Shown here in pieces: positions 35,096 to 44,292 of a stretch of DNA of 64,000 nt. The DNA is from Phenylobacterium sp. Its GTDB lineage: Bacteria; Pseudomonadota; Alphaproteobacteria; Caulobacterales; Caulobacteraceae. Position numbers and translations under genes: made by a program. Each line of letters begins with the position of its first letter. Positions within the stretch are counted from its first letter, which is position 1. Location of the stretch: assembly GCF_025351295.1 (NCBI RefSeq), contig NZ_JANXWD010000087.1, positions 25,785 to 89,784 of the forward strand, in the 5' to 3' direction. The notes under the pieces were generated by a model that was given only the letters and a program-made list of their open reading frames with translations, did no database searches and was not told where the DNA came from.

Positions 35096-35923
35096 TTGAA
35101 CTATCGCCACGCCTTCCACGCCGGGAACTTCGCAGACCTGGTGAAGCACGCGGCCCTGCTCAGCCTGCTGGCCGAGCTGACCGCCAAGGGCCCGCCGCTG
35201 ACCATCATCGACACCCACGCCGGGCGCGGGCTGTACGACCTGGGCGGGCCGGAGGCGCGCAAGTCCGGCGAGGCGGAGGCGGGGATCCTCCAGTTGATGC
35301 GGGCCAAGGATCCGCCGCCCGAGTTGGCCCGCCTGACCGGCCAGGTGTCGGCGGTGAACGGCGGCGGCGCCATCCGCAGCTATCCGGGCTCGCCGTGGCT
35401 GATCGCCCAGGCGCTGCGGCCGGCCGATCGCTATGTGGCCTGCGAACTGCGGCCCGACGAGCACGAGGCGCTGCGGGTGATCCTGCGGGGCCGGCCGAAC
35501 GTGCGCACACTGTGCGTCGACGGCTATGCCGCGGCGGTGAAGGAATGCCCGCCGACCGGCCGGGTGCTGGTGCTGATCGACCCGCCGTTCGAGCAGGCCG
35601 ACGACTATGACCGGATCGTCCGGACCCTGGCGGCCGTCCGGCGGCGTAACCGCACCGCCCAGGCGCTGGTCTGGCTGCCGATCAAGGACCTGGAGACCCT
35701 GGACGCCTTCCTGCGCGACCTGGAGGACGAGGTCGCCGCGCCGATGGTGGTGGCGGAGACGCGGATGCGTCCCCTGGCCGACCCGATGAAGATGAACGGC
35801 TGCGCCCTGGTGCTGGTGGGCGGGCCGGACCTGGAGGCCCCGCTTGCCGCCATCTGCGGCTGGGTCGCGCAAGCCTTGGGCGCCGGCGGCGGCGCGCGGA
35901 TTTACCCCCTCGCCCCACAATAA
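35096..35923 (+). CDS. rlmJ: 23S rRNA (adenine2030-N6) methyltransferase
   Basis: NYRHAFHAGNFAD, DTHAG, YPGSP and DPPF motifs; TTG start. Confidence 0.93.
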   Translation: MNYRHAFHAGNFADLVKHAALLSLLAELTAKGPPLTIIDTHAGRGLYDLGGPEARKSGEAEAGILQLMRAKDPPPELARLTGQVSAVNGGGAIRSYPGSPWLIAQALRPADRYVACELRPDEHEALRVILRGRPNVRTLCVDGYAAAVKECPPTGRVLVLIDPPFEQADDYDRIVRTLAAVRRRNRTAQALVWLPIKDLETLDAFLRDLEDEVAAPMVVAETRMRPLADPMKMNGCALVLVGGPDLEAPLAAICGWVAQALGAGGGARIYPLAPQ

Positions 35924-35956
35924 TTTCGCAACTGCGAAGAGATGCGCGTGTTATGC

Positions 35957-35968
35957 TGCGGCGCACAA
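35957..35968 (+). promoter_or_regulatory. candidate PhaR-type operator
   Basis: TGCGGCGCACAA fits TGCRNYGCASMA (rhizobial PhaR consensus as recalled). Confidence 0.45.
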
Positions 35969-35992
35969 TCACTGCCGCACAGGAACTTCATC

Positions 35993-36628
35993 ATGGCGTA
36001 TATCGAAACCCCGCCGAAGCCACGGGTCCTCCCGCAGTATCTGGTCGGCGCCGCCTCGCCGCTCTGGGCCTATTTTGGCGTCGCCGCCGCCGGCGGGGTC
36101 GCCTTCTGGTGGATGACCCGCTGGGCCAAGCCGGTGAACCTCGAGGCCGTCCTGGCCATGGCCAAGCCCGCCGCCGAGCCGGTGCTCGACGCGGTCGTGG
36201 AAGCGCCCCTGGCCCTCGTCGAGGCGGTCGAGGCGGCCGCGCCGGAGCCTGTCGCCCCCGAGCCTGTCGCCCCCCTCATGGAGGTCGCCCCGGAACCGCC
36301 GGCGGCTCCCACATTGACCCTGGTGGCGCCCGTCGCCGAGGTCCTTGAGGTTGCGCCGCCCGAGCCGGTCGTTGCCGAAACCGTCCTGGAGCCGCTGCTC
36401 GTCGAGGACATCGTCGCTTCGGAGCCCGCCCCCGTCGTCGAGGACGTACCGGCCGTGGCGGCGCTCGCGCCGGAACCTCCGACCGAAGCCACCGCGGACG
36501 CCTATGCCTGGGTCGAGCCGAAGGCCGACATCGACTTCGGGGCCCCGGAAGAGCCTGCGCCCGTGGCCGCGGCTGTCGCGCCGGCGCCCAAGCCCCGCGC
36601 CACGAAGGCGTCCAAGCCGAAAGCCTGA
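35993..36628 (+). CDS. hypothetical protein with hydrophobic N-terminus and Pro/Ala/Glu-rich tail
   Basis: ASPLWAYFG...FWWMTRW N-terminus followed by a low-complexity region; start MAYIE. Confidence 0.75.
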   Translation: MAYIETPPKPRVLPQYLVGAASPLWAYFGVAAAGGVAFWWMTRWAKPVNLEAVLAMAKPAAEPVLDAVVEAPLALVEAVEAAAPEPVAPEPVAPLMEVAPEPPAAPTLTLVAPVAEVLEVAPPEPVVAETVLEPLLVEDIVASEPAPVVEDVPAVAALAPEPPTEATADAYAWVEPKADIDFGAPEEPAPVAAAVAPAPKPRATKASKPKA

Positions 36629-36665
36629 CGTGGCGCCGCGGCCCCCGCGGCGGTAACAACGCCGG

Positions 36666-37229
36666 GTGCTGAAGCGGGGCTTCGACATCGCCGTCGCGCT
36701 TGCGGGCCTCATGGTGGGCTGGCCCGTGCTGCTGGCGCTTGGCTTGGCGGTGCGGCTGGAGAGCCCCGGCCCGGCGATCCACTGGTCGCGGCGAGTCGGG
36801 CGGGGCAACCGCGTGTTCCCGATGCCGAAGTTCCGCACTATGCGCACCGACACGCCGGACGTGGCCACCCACCTGCTGGACGACCCCGGCCGCTGGATCA
36901 CCCCGCTGGGCCGGGTGCTGCGCCGGTTCAGCCTGGATGAGCTGCCGCAGTTGTGGAGCGTGCTGGTGGGCGACATGAGCCTGGTGGGGCCGCGCCCGGC
37001 GCTGTTCAACCAGGACGACCTGATCGCCCTGCGTACGGCGGCCGGTGTCGAGGTCCTGCGTCCGGGGGTCACCGGCTGGGCCCAGGTCAATGGCCGCGAC
37101 GAACTGCCGATCGCGGACAAGGTGCGGCTGGACCGGGAATATCTGGAGCGGATGTCGTTCGGCCTGGACCTGCGGATCATCGCGACGACGGCGCTGGCGG
37201 CGGTCACCGCGCGCGGCGTCAACCACTAA
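36666..37229 (+). CDS. sugar transferase (polyprenyl-phosphate glycosylphosphotransferase)
   Basis: KRGFD, KFRTM, LDELPQL, SLVGPRP and PGVTGWAQV motifs. Confidence 0.93.
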   Translation: MLKRGFDIAVALAGLMVGWPVLLALGLAVRLESPGPAIHWSRRVGRGNRVFPMPKFRTMRTDTPDVATHLLDDPGRWITPLGRVLRRFSLDELPQLWSVLVGDMSLVGPRPALFNQDDLIALRTAAGVEVLRPGVTGWAQVNGRDELPIADKVRLDREYLERMSFGLDLRIIATTALAAVTARGVNH

Positions 37230-37246
37230 AGCCTTCGGGAATCTGG

Positions 37247-37271
37247 GAAACGACCCGGGAGCCCATGCGTT
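37247..37271 (+). promoter_or_regulatory. candidate EcfG/SigT promoter of AsmA gene
   Basis: GAAAC-N16-CGTT followed by GGAG SD and GTG at 37295. Confidence 0.55.
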
Positions 37272-37294
37272 GAGAGGCCTCCCGGAGATTGTTT

Positions 37295-39331
37295 GTGAGC
37301 CAGCCACCTGTCCAGACGCCGGAGCCCCCGACGCCGCCCCGCTTCCCGCGCCCCAGCCGCAAGGCGCTGACCTGGACCGGCGGGGTCCTGGCGATCCTTG
37401 CCCTGGCGATCGCCATCCTGTTCGCCGTCTGGGACTGGAACTGGTTCCGCGGACCGCTGGAGCGGATCGCCTCGGCGCGGACCCATCGCGAGGTGACCAT
37501 CGCCGGGCCGCTGAACGTCAACCCCTGGTCCTGGCAGCCCAGCGCCACGGTCGATGGCGTCCACATGGCCAATCCGGCCTGGGCGGGGGGCAAGGAAATG
37601 GCCAACGTCCAGCGGATCGCGGTGAGGATCCGGCTGGTCCCGCTGCTGTGGGGCCAGGTCGACCTGCGCCTGCTCAGCTTCGAGCGCCCGAACCTGGCGC
37701 TGTTCGCCGACGCCCGCGGCCGCCGCAACTGGGACTTCTCCGACGGCCGGGTGACGGCGCCTCTGAAGCTGCCGCTGATCCACGACTTCGTCATCCGCGA
37801 CGGCCATCTGCTGTACGTGGATGCGCACCGCAGGCTGCGTCTCGAAGGGGTGATCAACGCCAGCGAGACGGTGGGCGCCGCGAATCGCGGCTTCGCCCTG
37901 GTGGGGACGGGCACGGTCAACCGGGCGCCGTTCCGGATGAACGTGACCGGCGGGCCGCTGATCAACGTCCGGCGCGACCGGCCCTATCCATTCGACGCCG
38001 ACATCCGGGCGGGCGACACCTACATCAGCGCCCACGGCGCCGTGCCCAAGCCCTTCGACCTGGGCCAGTACTATCTGACCGCCACGGTGCGGGGCCCGGA
38101 CATGGCCCGATTGTTCCCCCTGACCGGCATCGCCCTGCCCAATACCCCGCCCTACAACCTGCATGGCCGGCTGACTCGCGACGGCCACACCTACCGCATC
38201 GACGACCTCGGCGGCCGGGTGGGCGACAGCGACCTGAGCGGCGATCTTTCGGTGCAGGCGGGCGGCAAGCGGCCGTTCCTGAAGGCCGACCTGCGATCCA
38301 ACAGCCTGGACTTCGACGACCTCGGCGCCCTGTTCGGCGGCGCGCCGGGCGTGGGTCCGGGCGAGACGGCCTCGCCGGAGCAGAGGGCGGCGCACGCCGC
38401 GCTCAGCGCCCAGCAACGGATGATGCCCGACACGACGCTGGACGTCAGCCGCATCCGGGCCATCGACGCCGACGTGACCTATCGCGCGCTGTCGATCCGC
38501 GACGCGCCGATCAAGCTGGCCTCGGCCTCGGCGCATGTGAAGCTGGACGACGGCCTGATGAACATCGAACCGCTGACGCTGGACCTCTCGCGCGGTCGGG
38601 TGGCGGGGCGTATCGGCCTGGACGCGCGCAAGGCCGTCCCGGTCACCGACCTCGACCTGCGCCTGACCGGCGCGCGGATCGAACAGCTGTTGCCGTTGCG
38701 GTTCGACGGCGCGCCGCCGCTGACCGGCGCCCTGGTGGGGCGGGCCAAGCTGTCGGGCGCGGGCGACAGCCTGCACAAGGCGCTGGCCCACGCCGACGGC
38801 CGGGTGGTGGTGGTGCAGCCGGGCGGCGAGATCCGCCAGGCCTTCGCCGAACTGCTGGGCACGAACGTCGTCAAGGGCCTGGGCCTGCTGAACAAGAAGG
38901 ATACCACGCCGATCAACTGTGCAGTGGCCAGCTTCGAGACCCGGGGCGGGGTGATGCGGGCGGACAACATCGTGTTCGACACCGGCCCGGTGCTGGTGAC
39001 CGGCTCGGGGACCGTCAACCTGGATACCGAGCGGATGGATTTCCACCTGCGCGGCCACAACAAGACGTTCCGCCTGCTGCGGGTGCTGCTGCCGATTACC
39101 GCCAGCGGACCGCTGACCGCGCCGAAGCTGGGGGTCGAGCCGGGCGCCGCCATGGCGCAGGGTGGTCTGGGCCTGGCCTTGGGCGCGCTGAATCCGCTGG
39201 CGGCGATCCTGCCATTCGTTGATCCGGGGCTGGCGAAGGACGCCAACTGCGCCGCGCTGCTGGCCGGCGCCGGCCGCCAGGGCGCCCCGGCCTCCGGGAC
39301 CGTTCCCCTGAAGGCCGCGCCGAAGCGCTGA
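37295..39331 (+). CDS. AsmA family protein
   Basis: N-terminal TM then DWNWFR; beta-taenial repeats; C-terminal NCAV and LGALNPLAAILP motifs. Confidence 0.9.
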   Translation: MSQPPVQTPEPPTPPRFPRPSRKALTWTGGVLAILALAIAILFAVWDWNWFRGPLERIASARTHREVTIAGPLNVNPWSWQPSATVDGVHMANPAWAGGKEMANVQRIAVRIRLVPLLWGQVDLRLLSFERPNLALFADARGRRNWDFSDGRVTAPLKLPLIHDFVIRDGHLLYVDAHRRLRLEGVINASETVGAANRGFALVGTGTVNRAPFRMNVTGGPLINVRRDRPYPFDADIRAGDTYISAHGAVPKPFDLGQYYLTATVRGPDMARLFPLTGIALPNTPPYNLHGRLTRDGHTYRIDDLGGRVGDSDLSGDLSVQAGGKRPFLKADLRSNSLDFDDLGALFGGAPGVGPGETASPEQRAAHAALSAQQRMMPDTTLDVSRIRAIDADVTYRALSIRDAPIKLASASAHVKLDDGLMNIEPLTLDLSRGRVAGRIGLDARKAVPVTDLDLRLTGARIEQLLPLRFDGAPPLTGALVGRAKLSGAGDSLHKALAHADGRVVVVQPGGEIRQAFAELLGTNVVKGLGLLNKKDTTPINCAVASFETRGGVMRADNIVFDTGPVLVTGSGTVNLDTERMDFHLRGHNKTFRLLRVLLPITASGPLTAPKLGVEPGAAMAQGGLGLALGALNPLAAILPFVDPGLAKDANCAALLAGAGRQGAPASGTVPLKAAPKR

Positions 39332-39344
39332 CGCCGATGCCTGC

Positions 39345-39680
39345 CTAGCTGCGGGTCGCGGCGTCGCGCAGCGAGTTCAGCCAGGCGTCTTCGCGCAGCT
39401 TCTCGGCCGCGTGCAGCGCGATCTCGGCCTCTCGCACCAGGGCGTCGTGCTTGCGCCACTCCGACACCGCGCCCTCGCGGGCGCTGCGGGCCGACTCGAT
39501 GGTCGGGTAGCGGGCGAGGACGGCGCGGGTGGAATAGTTCACCGGCGGGCCCACGGTCTCGCGGTCCGGATAGAAGCCGGTGATCGAATCGGTGGTCTCG
39601 CTGTCGATGTGGAACACGTCGGCCCAGCCCGCGTGGTGGCGCATCAGGGCCCAGGGTCGTTCGATCCGGTCGCTCACCAT
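39345..39680 (-). CDS. hypothetical protein
   Basis: 111-aa ORF with GGAG SD and typical codon bias. Confidence 0.75.
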   Translation of the reverse strand: MVSDRIERPWALMRHHAGWADVFHIDSETTDSITGFYPDRETVGPPVNYSTRAVLARYPTIESARSAREGAVSEWRKHDALVREAEIALHAAEKLREDAWLNSLRDAATRS

Positions 39681-39856
39681 TGTCTCCGTCGAAGAAGTCC
39701 TGCCGATTCCGCTGGCCGCGGCGTCTAGCTACTGCCTTTACCGCGCCGCTTCGCCGCGTCCAACGCGGGATCGCGGTTTTTGCCTTTCATTCCGCAACGC
39801 AACCGTGAGAAAGCCGCCGAATTGGGTTCTGATCGTTTTCGGGTGGGCTGTCGATT

Positions 39857-40603
39857 TTGAGCAAGATCGTGATCGGCCGCCAATTTCGCGGCCCGCCGAA
39901 CTCCGGCAACGGCGGCTATGTGTGCGGTGTGCTGGCCAGGGGCCTGGAGGGTCCGGTGACGGCCTTGCTGCGCGCCCCGCCGCCGCTGGATACCGACCTC
40001 GACCTCGAGACCCGCGACGGCGTCATCACCCTGACGGGCGAGGGCGGCGTGCTGATCGGTCAGGCCGGACCCGCGACCCAGACGCTGCCCGAGCCGCCGC
40101 CTGCGCCCAGCCTCGAAGCGGCCCGCGCCGCCGGGGCGCGCAGCCTGGCCTTCGAGCGGGAAGTCCACCCGCCGTGTTTCACCTGCGGCGTGACGCGCGA
40201 GGACGGCCTGCGGGTCCTGCCCGGCCAGCTGGAGGGCGCTGAGAGGGGTGTAGTCGCCTGCGTCTGGACCCCGCACGCCGATTTCGCCGACGCCGACGGC
40301 GTGATCGCCCCGGAAATCGTCTGGGCGGCGCTGGACTGCCCCGGCATCTTCGCCTGGATCGAGACGGAAGGGCGGCCGGGCGGCCTGCTGGGTACGATGA
40401 CCGGCGAGGTCACGGCCCCGGTCCGCGCCGGCCAGGACCATGTCGTCCTGGCCTGGCCGATCGAGGCGAGCGGCCGGAAGAAAATCTCGGGCGTGGCGCT
40501 CTATGACGGCGAGGGCCGCCTGCTGGCCCGCGGCTACCAAGTGTGGATCACCCCGAACCGGGCGCCTGCGCCGCCGGCCGTGGCGGAGACGGCCACCGCC
40601 TGA
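39857..40603 (+). CDS. double hotdog-fold (thioesterase-like) protein
   Basis: GPPNSGNGGY, LRAPPPL and WAALDCP motifs. Confidence 0.8.
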   Translation: MSKIVIGRQFRGPPNSGNGGYVCGVLARGLEGPVTALLRAPPPLDTDLDLETRDGVITLTGEGGVLIGQAGPATQTLPEPPPAPSLEAARAAGARSLAFEREVHPPCFTCGVTREDGLRVLPGQLEGAERGVVACVWTPHADFADADGVIAPEIVWAALDCPGIFAWIETEGRPGGLLGTMTGEVTAPVRAGQDHVVLAWPIEASGRKKISGVALYDGEGRLLARGYQVWITPNRAPAPPAVAETATA

Positions 40604-40662
40604 TGCTTGCGCCCCGTGACCGTCGGCGTCACAAACGCCGCGCCGGGGGAGGGCTCTTGACC

Positions 40663-41805
40663 ATGCGCGCGGCTTCGGTTTCGGACTATCGGGAACTGGC
40701 GCGCCGGCGCCTGCCCAACATCTTCTTCGAATATATCGACGGCGGCTCCTACGCCGAGGTGACGCTGAAGCGGAACGTCGCCGACCTGGAGGCCATCGCG
40801 CTGCGCCAGCGGGTCATGCGCGACATGAGCAAGCTGGACATGAGCGTCCAGACCCTGGGCCAGACCCTCAAGATGCCCGTGGGCCTGGCCCCGGTCGGCA
40901 TGGCGGGCATGTACGCCAGCCGCGGCGAGGTCCAGGCGGCGCGCGCGGCGGCGGCCGCCGGCGTGCCGTTCTGCCTCTCCACCGTGGGCGTCTGCTCCAT
41001 CGAGGAGGTGGCGGCGACGGGGACGCCGCCCTGGTTTCAGCTCTACATGCTGAAGGACCGCGGCTACATGCGCGAGTTGCTGGCGCGGGCCAAGGCGCAG
41101 GCCTGCCCGGTGCTGGTGTTCACCGTCGACCTGCCGCTGCCGGGCTCGCGGTATCGCGACGTCCGCTCCGGCTTCACCGGCGGAAGCGCGCTGCAGGCGA
41201 TGCTCACCCAGGCTCGCGACGGGATCGGCCACCCCGGCTGGACGTGGGACCTGTTCATGCGCGGCCGGCCGCACACCCTGGGCACGGTCCAGGGCGCGGT
41301 GAAGGAGGGGCGGCGGGTGACCGACTTCCTCGCCTGGATCTCCAAGAATTTCGACCGCTCGGTGACCTGGAAGGACATCGACTGGGTGCGCGAGCAGTGG
41401 GACGGGCCGATCGTGGTCAAGGGCGTGCTGGACGCCGAAGACGCGCGCGACGCGGTCAAGGCCGGCGCCCAGGGGCTGGTGGTGTCCAACCATGGCGGCC
41501 GCCAGCTGGACGGGGTGCGCTCCTCGATCGCGGCCTTGCCGCGCATCGCCGACGCGGTGGGCGGCGACCTGGAAATCTACATGGACGGCGGCGTGCGCTC
41601 GGGCCTGGACGTGCTGAAGGCCCTGGCGCTGGGGGCCAAGGCCTGTTTCGTCGGCCGCGCCTGGGCCTGGGCGCTGGGGGCGGGCGGCCAGCCGATGGTG
41701 GCCAGGATGCTCGATACGCTCCGGTCAGAGCTGGCGGTGGCGATGATCCTGACCGGCTGCGCCAATGTCCGCGACGCGGGCAGAGACCTGCTCGACCTGC
41801 CCTGA
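40663..41805 (+). CDS. lldD: FMN-dependent L-lactate dehydrogenase
   Basis: FEYIDGG, WFQLY, VSNHGGRQLDG and DGGVRSG motifs. Confidence 0.92.
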   Translation: MRAASVSDYRELARRRLPNIFFEYIDGGSYAEVTLKRNVADLEAIALRQRVMRDMSKLDMSVQTLGQTLKMPVGLAPVGMAGMYASRGEVQAARAAAAAGVPFCLSTVGVCSIEEVAATGTPPWFQLYMLKDRGYMRELLARAKAQACPVLVFTVDLPLPGSRYRDVRSGFTGGSALQAMLTQARDGIGHPGWTWDLFMRGRPHTLGTVQGAVKEGRRVTDFLAWISKNFDRSVTWKDIDWVREQWDGPIVVKGVLDAEDARDAVKAGAQGLVVSNHGGRQLDGVRSSIAALPRIADAVGGDLEIYMDGGVRSGLDVLKALALGAKACFVGRAWAWALGAGGQPMVARMLDTLRSELAVAMILTGCANVRDAGRDLLDLP

Positions 41806-41910
41806 ATCGCCTATTGCGCGAGCCGCCTTCGCATTTGCGGGAAGACCGTTGTGCAGCGCGAAACTTCCTGCTGTGTTGCGAGTTCCACCCACCACGGCTG
41901 GAGGACGGAC

Positions 41911-42093
41911 ATGCGTGAAGTGAAATCGTTCGCCTATTCCCTGAGCCAGGCCGAGGACGGCTGGCGTTGGTGCGTCTACGACGAGGACGGGGTGACGGTG
42001 GCCGACGGCGCCAACCCCAACCAGGCCGCGGCCCAGGCCGCGGTGGAACACACCCTGCGCCGCGCAGGCGCCGACTTGGACGCCCGGGCTTAG
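41911..42093 (+). CDS. small hypothetical protein (60 aa; DUF1508-like WRW motif)
   Basis: GGAGG SD; DGWRWCVYDEDG motif. Confidence 0.7.
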   Translation: MREVKSFAYSLSQAEDGWRWCVYDEDGVTVADGANPNQAAAQAAVEHTLRRAGADLDARA

Positions 42094-42135
42094 CGGCGAT
42101 TGGTGCGGAACCTTTCGGGTCTCAAGCGTTCCGGC

Positions 42136-42849
42136 ATGATGGACAAGGCTCAGCCGCTCGCCGGCGTCTGGCGTTTCGCGCGACGGTTCGAGGCGCAGGT
42201 GCTGATCGGCCTGATCCTGGCGGCCGGCGCCCTGTGGGCTTTCCTGAACATCGGCGGCGAGATGGCCGACGGCGAGACCTCGACCATCGACCGGCGGCTG
42301 CTCCTGCTGCTGCGCACGCCCGGCGACCCCAGCAACCCGATCGGCTCGCGCAGCGTGGAGGAAGCCATGCGCGACATCACCGCCCTGGGCGGGACGGTGG
42401 TGGTCACCCTGGTGACGGTGGTGGCGGTGCTGACCTTCCTGTTCCACAAGAAGCGTCGCCACGGCCTGGTGATGGCGGGCGCCGTTCTGCTGGCCTGGGT
42501 GTCGAGCGAGGCCACCAAGGCGATCTACAACCGCCCACGGCCGGACCTGGTGCCGCACGGGGCCTACGTCTATTCGGCCAGCTTTCCGAGCGGGCACTCG
42601 ACCCTGGCGGCGGCGACCTATCTGACCCTCGCCATGCTGGTGGCGAGCCTGGAGACCCGGCGGCGCACCAAGGCGCTGGCTTATGGCCTGGCCGGGCTGA
42701 TGCTCACCGCCGTGGGGTTCAGCCGCGTCTACCTTGGCGTCCACTGGCCCAGCGACGTGCTGGCCGGATGGTGCCTCGGCGCGGTGTGGGCGCTGGCGGC
42801 CTGGATCGCGCTCAAGGCGGTCGGCGGTGAGACCCGCGGCCAGGGCTAG
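42136..42849 (+). CDS. PAP2 family phosphatase
   Basis: K....RPRP, SFPSGHS and SRVYLGVHWPSDV motifs. Confidence 0.93.
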   Translation: MMDKAQPLAGVWRFARRFEAQVLIGLILAAGALWAFLNIGGEMADGETSTIDRRLLLLLRTPGDPSNPIGSRSVEEAMRDITALGGTVVVTLVTVVAVLTFLFHKKRRHGLVMAGAVLLAWVSSEATKAIYNRPRPDLVPHGAYVYSASFPSGHSTLAAATYLTLAMLVASLETRRRTKALAYGLAGLMLTAVGFSRVYLGVHWPSDVLAGWCLGAVWALAAWIALKAVGGETRGQG

Positions 42850-44123
42850 GCGAACCCCACCAGGTCCGGCACGCGGCCGTTCCAGCCTGAGACCCGCTCG
42901 TAGGCCGCGCCCAGCGCGACCACGCCCGCCTCGTCGCGCGGCCCACCCAGGATCTGCAGGCCGGCGGGCAGGCCCTCGGCGGTCAGGCCGCAGGGCACGC
43001 TGATCCCCGGCAGGTCTAGGTAGTTGGCGGCTCGCGTCAGGCGGCTGAGCGGGGAGGTGGTCTCGTCGATGCTGTCCAGCGGCGGGGCAGCGATCGGGCA
43101 GGTGGGCGACAGCAGGCCGTCGTAGGCGGCGAGCCAGTCGTGGAACTCGACCTGGCCGGCGGCGCGCTCGCGGTGGACTTCGGCGAGGCGTTGGTCGCTG
43201 ACCTCGCGTCCGGCCTCGAACCGGCGGACGATCCAGGGATCCATGACCGCGCCATGGCGGGCGATGCGGTCCTTCCAGATGCGCCAGCCTTCGCCGGCCA
43301 TCAGCAGGCCGTTGGGCAGGAACGACTGGTCCAGCGCCTGGGGCGGCTGGACCATTTCGACGATCAGGCCGGCCCCGCGCAGCCGCTCCAGCGCCTCCAG
43401 ATAGAGCCGGCCCACCTCCGGATCGATCTCGCCCAGGCCGTGCAGCGGGATGGCGGCCAGGCGGCGGCCGCGCACGTCGGTGGCCAGGGCGGCCTCGGCG
43501 TCGAAGGTCCCGCGGCTGGCGGCAGCCCCGTCCGGACCGGAGATCACCGCCAGGGTTCGGGCGGCGGTCGCCACGTCGCGGGCCAGGGCGCCCACCGTGT
43601 CGAGGGCCGGCGCCAGGGGATGGACGCCGATCAGGCTCACCAGGCCGCGGCCGGGCTTGAGGCCGACCACGCCGCAGACCGCGGCGGGGATGCGGACCGA
43701 GCCGCCGGTGTCGCTGCCCAGCGCCGCGTCGCACAGCCCGGCCGCCACCGCCACGGCGGACCCGGAGGAGGAGCCGCCCGGCGCGCGATGGACCTGGGCG
43801 TCCCACGGGTTCCAGGGCGCGCCGACCGCGCGGTTGGTCCCCCAGCCGCCATAGGCGAGCTCGACGGTGTGGGTCTTGCCGACCACGCTCCAGCCGGCCT
43901 GCAGCAGGCGCTGCACCACGATGGCGTGGCGGGCGGGGTTCGGGTCCAGCGGCGCCCGGGCGCCGCCGCCGGTCGGAACGCCGGCGATGTCCATCAGGTC
44001 CTTGATGGCGACGGTCGACCCGTCCGCCGTCGCGCCAGCCAGCGGCGGGTCGAACACCTGGACGAAGGCCTTCAGGCGGCCATCGTAGCGGCGGATGCGG
44101 GCGAGCGCGTCGGCGGGCGTCAT
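42846..44123 (-). CDS. amidase-signature family amidase
   Basis: IKD, GGSSSGS and GSDTGGSVR motifs. Confidence 0.93.
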   Translation of the reverse strand: MTPADALARIRRYDGRLKAFVQVFDPPLAGATADGSTVAIKDLMDIAGVPTGGGARAPLDPNPARHAIVVQRLLQAGWSVVGKTHTVELAYGGWGTNRAVGAPWNPWDAQVHRAPGGSSSGSAVAVAAGLCDAALGSDTGGSVRIPAAVCGVVGLKPGRGLVSLIGVHPLAPALDTVGALARDVATAARTLAVISGPDGAAASRGTFDAEAALATDVRGRRLAAIPLHGLGEIDPEVGRLYLEALERLRGAGLIVEMVQPPQALDQSFLPNGLLMAGEGWRIWKDRIARHGAVMDPWIVRRFEAGREVSDQRLAEVHRERAAGQVEFHDWLAAYDGLLSPTCPIAAPPLDSIDETTSPLSRLTRAANYLDLPGISVPCGLTAEGLPAGLQILGGPRDEAGVVALGAAYERVSGWNGRVPDLVGFA

Positions 44124-44292
44124 TCCCCTCCCTTAATGGGGAGGGACCGCTCGCGAAAGCGAGCCGGGTGGGGAAGTGTGGGCCGGCCTGCCGATTTTGC
44201 TAAGTGGCCCCTTGCGAGGCGGCGTTTCGGCCCTCACAGCCCCACCCTGGCCGCTGGCGCGGCCTGTCCCTCCCCATTAAGGGAGGGAAATG
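44121..44292. repeat. hairpin doublet element containing both divergent start codons
   Basis: 44121-44147 and 44266-44292 are 26/27 inverted-identical and include the CAT/ATG codons. Confidence 0.9.
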
